Shown here in pieces: positions 56,367 to 64,000 of a stretch of DNA of 64,000 nucleotides. Within the stretch, counting starts at the first letter, position 1, and every line of letters begins with the position of its first letter. Below the pieces are notes generated by a model. That model was not told the origin of the DNA, ran no database searches, and saw nothing but the letters and a program-made list of their open reading frames with translations. Both the position numbers and the translations under genes were made by a program. This DNA is from Catajapyx aquilonaris (lineage: Eukaryota), in assembly GCA_000934665.2 (NCBI GenBank), contig KZ538050.1:62001-126000 (forward strand). The letters are read 5' to 3'.

Positions 56367-59300
56367 ATGGGCAAGTTGGACAGAACTCTGGACACTCTGC
56401 TGGACAACTCGGACTGAGTCTGTGGTGTCCAGACTGGAGTCTCTGGAAGAGAGGGTGACAATGGGAGTGGTGTCCAGGCTGAAAGAGTGGTTCATGGAGA
56501 GGGAAGTGGAAGGTGAAACTGCCAATATAGGGCATGGTATGATCTGCAAATGATTTGCAAATGGTTTAAGAGTAAAAGCATCATCCAAGCTTGACTAAGG
56601 TTACGACCTTACATTAAAAATGTAGTTAATCAATAATTAATAAGTCAAATTCGTCATAACCGGTCGTAACCGTAGGTTACCTTACCTTAAGTAATTAATG
56701 TTACGACAACTTATTACATTTGATTAATCCACCACCTCGAATTGGAATGAAAGCAATATGAGCACATTTTCCCCCCAACTAAATAACCTGCTGCATGTGA
56801 CAAATTGTTAACATGTTAATGTCTTGACAGGTGAGCAGGCTAGGCCTCGTCTACCTGTTGGCATGGAACCCACAGGAAATGCCCAGGAAATCCTGGAATC
56901 TCGGCCCATAAAGAGGAAAACATTCATGAAGAACTTGGTAGCAATTTTCAAGCTAGTGGATGGGTAACAGGCACTACGACTGGAATCTCAGAATGCATTG
57001 AACCAGATGAGATGGACATAAGGCTTGCTGTGGCCTGCGACCCATCATTGACCACTGACACTGGGTCAGGTAAAATGAATCGTAGGAAAGGTCCTGCAGT
57101 AAGTAATCGGCTGAGTACAAGCCAGTGTTTATTGGCGGACATTTTTCATTTGTAATTGAAACATCATGATTGTGGGGGTTTAAAAAAAATTGAAGTTGCA
57201 TGTTACCTGACGTGAATAATAAAGCAACCCCAAAAATTTCTACATTTTTTAGTTCATGATTCTTAATGTACTGACGCTTGAATCATAACTAATGTCGAAT
57301 TTATTTTACGGTGCCTGCAAAAAACAGGCAACCAATATAAATAGCCAGAATGACTCGGACAACTGGAATCACGAGACTGATGCCTTACGTGGCCAGGATC
57401 ATGGACCAGTGAGGGATGTGAATATGGCACAAGGTGCAATCCGAACCAGGACGACACGGGTGTGAGTTAATTTTAGTTTTCATCAACGTTATTTCCCTGA
57501 ACCAATTAATGGCATAAAACGGGTACTTCCTGTAATGAACACATGCACATCTTTTACTAATGTGTTGCATGTTAAATTTCAGCTGCTGCTTCAGTTGCAT
57601 CTGAGATTCTTACTTCTGTCAACGTCCAAAGCAATTGTGATGCGTTAGTGGCTGTGAACCAAATCAAATTAGAAAAGGATCTATGGACTGCAAGGTGAGT
57701 AAAAAGGTCACAACAATTTGATCATATATTAAATGGTGCTCCCAATCTTTTAAAAAATTTTGTTTGAAATTTACATGTTTGGAATAATTCGTATATGACT
57801 TCATCGCTTGACTTGCAGAATATCTTCCCCCCCCCNNNNNCCCCCAGTCAATTTCTGTATTTGGAAAGGGATTGCCCATTTTCTTTTGCAGTTGGGCTGG
57901 AATCAAGACCTGAAAGAAGAGATGGACAGAAATATCACTGAAATTGCCAACCTCATAAATAATGGCATATATGCAGAAGATGGATCGGCTGCCGATATAA
58001 GTATGGCTCACATGTTTACAAATGAATGGCTCCGAAACTGTAGATAATTGCAGTAATGCTAGTCAGTTGAAGGAGTTAACTGTACAGTAACTAAGAGTGT
58101 ATTTTTTGGCACTAATTATTGTGTAGTTTTGCCCTTCAGTTGTTGTTTCTATACAGTAGGTAATAAACGGTCATGTTTTTGCAGATAGAGACGATGCTTT
58201 TACATCAGATTTCATTCGTCCATGCATAAGTCTGACTAGGAGTAAACGTTCTGCTGTAAGTGTGACCCGAGAGGATTTTTTTTTCTAAAGATGTGATTAC
58301 TGACACCTAAATTATAAATTTTTTTCATGTAATCCTGTGAGTTAATTTTTAATGCAACATGTTGGCAAAGTATTCCCCTGTACATTGGCAACATGTTCTA
58401 CCCAAATTCAGTGCTGATAAAGTCAAGGTCAAGCTGTGTTTTTTTGTGATTTTTAACGATAAGCTGTATTTGGCAAATTTTTTTTTGTTTTAATTTTGGG
58501 GCGAGAGTCAATCCGTCAAGTGTTGTTGACGACTTGGCTTTATTTTCAGGCTCCTTCACATACGGAAGCAGAGGAGAATAACCAGGATGTCCCTACTGCG
58601 AGTGACTCGGAGGATGAATATGTGCCTCCTTGCTACCACAAAATTGGCACGGGGAAGAAAACCAAGAGGAGGAAAAAGGTATGTTTGCTCAATTCACATA
58701 ATTTTTAATGCGTGGAAAGGTGATTGAATTTTCCGCTGAACATTTATAGAGACATGGGAACACTAGGTCAAGATAGTTTCTTAATCCTTTTCCAACATGT
58801 TGAGATGGTAATGCATCTTGTACCAGTTTGTGTTTGTAGCTTGTAAGCGTGCCGCAGCTGAGAAGTTTGGGTTAGAAGATCCATTATAGCATGTTTCTTA
58901 TAGGTTGGCCGCAAAATGAAACGAAGGCGAGCAAAGTATAAGAGACGTCCTGAGGAAAGATGTGTGCTGAATCGGTCACAGGAAATGGTGTGTTAAATTC
59001 TGAGGTGATGACCAACCAGGAAGATGGTCGCATGGAAGAAGCACACACGTGCGATGTGTGCGGAATGCCTACTCGTCTCATTTACAAGTAATAGTATATC
59101 GCATCGCTGTCTATCAAGGTGTGAAGTTTCGCTCTTCTGACAAGAGAAATATTTCACAGACTCAATCGGAAGATGAAGGAAAGGGGCCATTCCAGTGCGA
59201 AACATGCACGAAATAATTTCCAGCACTTCACACATTGAATCATCTAACATCGATGCACAAAAAGAGTATGGTTGCGGAATATGCCAGACAACCTTCACCG

Positions 59301-60243
59301 GAAGTGACAGAATAATTTGTGCTATTAAATGCCCACTGAAGAGGATACTTTGTTTTAAAAAATTCCAGGAGTTTGCCGGTGGTATGTACCTGATATGTTG
59401 CAGGGGGAAATATTAGGAAAAGCGGCAATGGAGTAGATTAATCTGTGACGAAACATGTTGTAGAATGAGGCCAGGCATGTGAATGTTCAGAATGTAATTT
59501 GGATGGAAATTGATGCAAGTGTCTTTTGCTGCGACAATTTGTGGCCACAGGAATTACATGTGAATAAACATGGGACAAATTACAGTTTGCAACTGATTTA
59601 CCTATCATAACATGCATTGTGATGCTGCTTCCTCTTATAAACATAATGTGATTTAGCCAGTGGCAGTGCCATTTGTGGAATAATTTTAATGTTTTCTTGC
59701 AAGAAAGCTGTGGAGTACAACCATCCGATGCAAGTATGCAAGGAACTTCTGACAATGTGTGTAATGAGGACTGCGGGACATCCGATTTGACTGCAGGAAA
59801 TACTGCGGAATGGAACTTCAAAAAGTCAATGACTCAAGTTGAATCAAACGTGAGGCGGGAAACAGGCAATGTGGCAAAGACATACACTTGTGATGTTTGT
59901 GTAATGTCATACACAACGAAGCCATAATTATCTACAACAACATTACAAGGTGGTTCACCTCAGGCTGAAGCCTTACTCTTGTGACTTGTGCGGGATGAAA
60001 TTTTTCATAAAGAGCAGAATGGAGATCACAGAAGGTCCCACACTGGAGAGCATCCTTTCCAGTGCAGTATGTGCCAACAATCCTTTTCGTCATCATCGTG
60101 TTATGACTGGCCATATGCCGATTCATACCGGAAAGTTTCGTTGTGGTGTGTGCCTGAAGATCTTCCCTTTCAGATACAAACTGGTGATGCATATGAAGAA
60201 ACACTCGTAAACGGCCATAATGTTCAGATGGGAAAAAAATAAA
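56367..60243 (+). pseudogene. Unprocessed, intron-containing C2H2 zinc-finger pseudogene
   Basis: Spliceable exons (about 56367-56535, 56831-57069, 57892-58000, 58550-58678, 58904 onward) with frameshifts. Broken fingers: HTCDVCG, PFQCETCTK*, YGCGICQ, YTCDVC..KP*, KPYSCDLCG/HRRSHTGEHPFQCSMC/HTGKFRCGVCLKIF..HMKKH. AATAAA at 60238-60243. Confidence 0.8.
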
Positions 60244-60318
60244 AAGCAATCTTGGGAGAAATAACACCATGATTCATCAGGGACCCAACTTTATTAAGTA
60301 AAGGCCACATTAATATCC

Positions 60319-61071
60319 TTACATTCCCACCCTTGGTGGAGGTGACACAGGGCCGCCCATCCCAAACCCTCCTCCGATGCCTCCCAGTGTGGTCTCCCCC
60401 TCATCCCGACCTGGCTGCTGGTCTGCCGGGTTTCCCTCCTCTGGTGGGCCCTGGTCTTCCTTGGGCTCAGTGATGCTGACGTGGTCCGGGAGATGGGTCT
60501 TGGGTCCGTGCTTCCCTGTAGGGTCTGTAGGAAGCATGATACGCACCCTGATACCTAGGACCCCCTGGCGCAGCAGGACATGTCGGGTGGCGGAGTCCAC
60601 GTAGTCCAAGACGGGCTCACCGGAGGAGATCATGAGTCCGTCATGGAATTTCATAGACTTGGCCCGCTGGCCCCTGAGCTTCCCGGACACGATGACCTCG
60701 CAGCCCCTGGCCCCGCTCTCCATCACGAAGCGGAGGACCCCGTAGCAGGCCCTCCTGACGGCCAGACCTCCGACCAGCTTGTATCGGAGGGACTCTGCCT
60801 GTGCGATGGCGCAGAGGCCCCTGACGGCCACCTTCTCTGCGTACAGCTCGATGGCCCCTTCCGGGAAGTGGAACCTCTTCTGCACCACCGCAGTCAGCTC
60901 CCGGATCCTCCTCCCCTTCTCTCCCAACACGCTCTGCGTCCTGGTGGCCATGATGATGACCTCTGTGCGGGTCGGGGTCACCCTCACCTCCACCCCAGAG
61001 TAGCCGTCCTCCGCCAGCTCACGGGTCAGGAACTCATTCAGCTCAGCCCTGAACACGCCGTCTTGTACGAA
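60319..61071 (-). CDS. RPS3: 40S ribosomal protein S3 (uS3), exon 2
   Basis: ccattccag acceptor, then [37 protein letters not shown]...[14 protein letters not shown]...; open to TAA. AATAAA at 60290-60295 on the - strand. Confidence 0.96.
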   Translation of the reverse strand, partial: FVQDGVFRAELNEFLTRELAEDGYSGVEVRVTPTRTEVIIMATRTQSVLGEKGRRIRELTAVVQKRFHFPEGAIELYAEKVAVRGLCAIAQAESLRYKLVGGLAVRRACYGVLRFVMESGARGCEVIVSGKLRGQRAKSMKFHDGLMISSGEPVLDYVDSATRHVLLRQGVLGIRVRIMLPTDPTGKHGPKTHLPDHVSITEPKEDQGPPEEGNPADQQPGRDEGETTLGGIGGGFGMGGPVSPPPRVGM

Positions 61072-61324
61072 CTGGAATGGCGATATTACAGGCTCAATGG
61101 GAATAAGGCTGGGCATTGCAACAGCTAGGTTATGGTTGCCATGGACTGTAGGTGGGCATGACAACCAGTTGTCATGGAATGTTGTGCATGGCAACCTGTT
61201 GCAATGGTCAAACGAACACACCATGCAGGATGATGCAAGAGGGGGGCACTACTCTTCAGCCAATGTGTCCCTCTCTCATCAGAGTATATCTGCCCGCATC
61301 CTTTCCCCTGAGCCCCATCCTCAC

Positions 61325-61375
61325 CTTCTTCTTTTTGGTGACTGGGTGGGAAGCCCTTCCTACCAGGGTGGACAT
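61325..61375 (-). CDS. RPS3: 40S ribosomal protein S3, exon 1
   Basis: ACCATG then MSTLVGRASHPVTKKKK|gtgagg. Phase-0 intron at the position equivalent to SKKRK|FVADG in other animals. Spliced product is 267 aa. Confidence 0.88.
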
Positions 61376-61479
61376 GGTCACCTCGAGTCGAGGTGCGGGG
61401 CAGCGCGGGGGCAGCGGAGGACTAGACTAAGGACGCGGACAACAAAAGACAGAATGCCGATGAGAAACGACCGTTGCAG

Positions 61480-61552
61480 GAAGCCGGATGTGCCCACTTG
61501 GCAACTGTGGTCAGGCCACGTCAGGCGTGACGTCAGGCCACGTGGCGGAAGA
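61480..61552. promoter_or_regulatory. Probable RPS3 proximal promoter motif cluster
   Basis: ETS-like CCGGATGT and CGGAAG, CRE TGACGTCA and E-box CACGTG within about 70 bp, just upstream of a pyrimidine-rich stretch (TTCTGTCTTTTG on the - strand). Confidence 0.45.
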
Positions 61553-62160
61553 AAATAACATGGTTTATGTAATTATTTACTAAATAAATGGTTCGATTAA
61601 TCTGGCCATATCAAGCTCAAAAAGATTTGCGTACGAGTACTGGTGTACTGTAAACCCTCCTGTTGAGTTTTTTTTTTTTTTTGACATTATGACAAAAAGT
61701 CTGCAGGTCAAGCTGCAGGTACTTACACGTATTTAACTAACGCTTTTCCTGATTGAAGTAGATTATATTGCTCGTTATGTTATTGAATATAAAATTAATT
61801 AAAAACAGTAGTGAAACAAAGTGCAATTCCGAAAATAAATTTTAAATCGCTTTTGTCATTTATCTTGCATTTATCGCAATTGTCAATGTGTGCGTCGTTA
61901 CCAGATCAAGTGATTTTTTAAATTTATATTTCTGTCTTTGTTTATAATAATAATAATTGTAATAATTTATCATTTATAATATAATAATTTATAATAATTT
62001 ATAATAATTTTCATAATTGTCTTTTCTATTATTCAAAAATGATTTTCCATTACTATCGGGGGGATGGGCTTGAGGCTAAAAACGAGGGAGTAGCATCTTC
62101 TCCTGCCATTCTGCCCTGGATTCTTTGGGGGGAAGTGCTTGGGGAAGTGAGAATAGAGCC

Positions 62161-63979
62161 ATGGCTTCTGTGGATGTGAAGCTGCTGATGGAGGTTGCGC
62201 TGAGCAACAAGCGTCTTCTGGAGGGCCTGACCGCACGGTGGGACAAGTGGGAGGAGGTCATGGTCAAGCTGAAAGAGTTGGTCGTGATCGGGGAAGAAGA
62301 GGAAAATGGGACTGGACAGGGTGAGCGCACCGCTAATTGTAATATTGTGAGCTTGCAGTGTGTGAGTGTTCATTACCCTCTTTAGTTGCAGATGATAACC
62401 TCAGTCCTTCTGGTATGCATACTGGTGATGTGGCAGGTGATGTCCAAATTGAATGTGGAAACGCAATGCTTGTGAGTGACATCAAGGTTGAGTCGGAAGA
62501 GGTGATGGTAGACATGGAAGGTGTCCAGGTTCCTCTCAGTTGGGTAAGACTGGTATGAAAGAAATAATGCAATATGAGATGCGAGTGCTGCTGAATCTGC
62601 AGGGAAAGGCAGCTGCAGCAAAATTGAAGGACTTTGGTTGGTTTGACATTGTGACATTTTTTTTCTTTCTATCTCTTATACAGGAATGCCAGAGTCGAGA
62701 CTTGGAAGCGGAGACTGCCAGAAACATCAGTGACATTCATGCCCTCTTGAGTGTCCAGGACACATCCATTTGGGAAAATACAAGTATGATATTATGCACA
62801 ATTATGCATTTATGAATTATTGAAGGCTTGGTAAATTGTGGTAGTAACATATTAAAACCCAGCATGAGTCAGAACTTTTATCGGAGAATGTACTTGACTT
62901 TAGCCTTTTCCTTATTGTTGTTAATAACCACGTAATCATTCAGATTCATGTTATTAATCCTTCTACAGCATCAGCAGCAATAATATGATAATATGCAGCA
63001 ATATTTTGTCAACAGATGGAGACAATAAAGACCTCCTTCCCCCTAATTTGTCGTATTATGAAGACACTAAGTCTGACGAGGCCGATGGACTCGCGGCCCA
63101 ACATGCAGCCGAAATTGATCCAGAATCAGAACATGGAATCAGGTTTAACACCCAGGTGTGTCTAATGTTACATGATTTGTATATGCCTATTGTTGCTCCT
63201 ACTGATGTAAAGTTTAGTCAATACCAGTGGTACACATAGGTATATTGACTGCATTACTGTGCAAGACATAAAACATGGTCAAGCAGGGGTCTTCTGTAAC
63301 ACTAGGGCATGATTATAATGATGAATTAGTGAAAATTGTAATGGGGAAAGCCAAATGAGCATGTGGTACTTCTTACACCATACATTTGTCACCCCTGTGA
63401 AATACATGGTGCACCAAAATTCCTTCAGCTACTTCCGCATTTTTTAAGTTATAAAAGTTTTGATGACAGCATAAAGTTATGCCTTTTTTTTCCAACTCCT
63501 CAAGTTTTTGTAGTAGGTGTTCAACTTTGTTCTCATTTCATAGAAATACCAGTCAGTATGTATTGTTGCAACACATTTCTGTCCTTGCTACTCCTTTCTG
63601 ATCAGGAACACTCAATCACTTCCTTTTTTTTCGCAACCCAGGCCACTGCTATTGAAATCTCCGGTAGTGACGGACAAGAGGCTGGTGACGGACAAGATGC
63701 TGGTGATGGACAAGAGGCTGGTGATGGACAAGAGGCTGGTGACGGACAAGGGGCTGGCGCAGTGCTGTCTGAAGCAAATAGCTCTGCCCATGTGCCACCC
63801 AACTGCTCAGAGGAAAGGATGAAGAGGAGGAAGGAAATTACTGTGAGTATTGTGATGGGGACATACATGTAATGTGTATGTAGTGGCTGCATTCTCATGC
63901 TGAATATTCCAGGTCTCTCATGCTGGAAGCTCAAGTGACAGGAAAGTAGCTGCAGGCGATGGAGCATTTGCTGATATGG
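62161..63979 (+). CDS. Uncharacterised multi-exon gene, 5' part; paralog of the upstream zinc-finger pseudogene; continues beyond the window
   Basis: Frame-consistent GT-AG exons 62161-62320, 62386-62543, 62684-62783, 63016-63155, 63642-63842, 63913-63979. N-terminus MASVDVKLLMEVALSNKRLLEGLTARWDKWEEVMVKLKEL is coiled-coil-like; also an IKVE motif and a KRRK patch. Confidence 0.75.
63666..63758 (+). repeat. Coding 18-bp tandem repeat, about 5 copies (GDGQEA)
   Basis: GGTGAYGGACAAGRKGCT units inside exon 63642-63842. Confidence 0.9.
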
Positions 63980-64000
63980 GTAACCCAGCAAGCAGACCAA

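Noticed and set aside
60377..61128. Long + strand ORFs overlapping RPS3
   Set aside because: Antisense shadow frames of a GC-rich CDS.
61072..61224. N-terminal part of the 301-aa ORF (MVCSFDHC...), suggesting an extended intronless RPS3
   Set aside because: It is intron sequence: there is an acceptor at 61072 and a real first exon at 61325-61375.

Overview
Eukaryotic, probably arthropod, draft genomic DNA with GT-AG introns and N gaps at poly-G/C runs. Positions 1-48.8 kb hold the 3' part of one + strand gene for a GPI-anchored Ig-superfamily adhesion protein (end of one Ig domain, a further Ig domain, FN3, hydrophobic tail; klingon/lachesin/CG7166-like). It has 7 frame-consistent exons split by two giant introns (23 and 20 kb). 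The first giant intron appears to contain a nested antisense small gene (64-aa ORF with splice sites and a poly(A) signal). Downstream are two tRNA-derived SINEs (one with a V-domain) and a 1.85-kb non-autonomous Tc1/mariner-type element made of three inverted-repeat systems around a palindromic microsatellite core. The window ends with a decayed C2H2 zinc-finger gene, a two-exon, divergent, GC-rich RPS3 on the - strand, and the intact 5' part of a paralog of the zinc-finger gene. All calls were made by eye with no database search.
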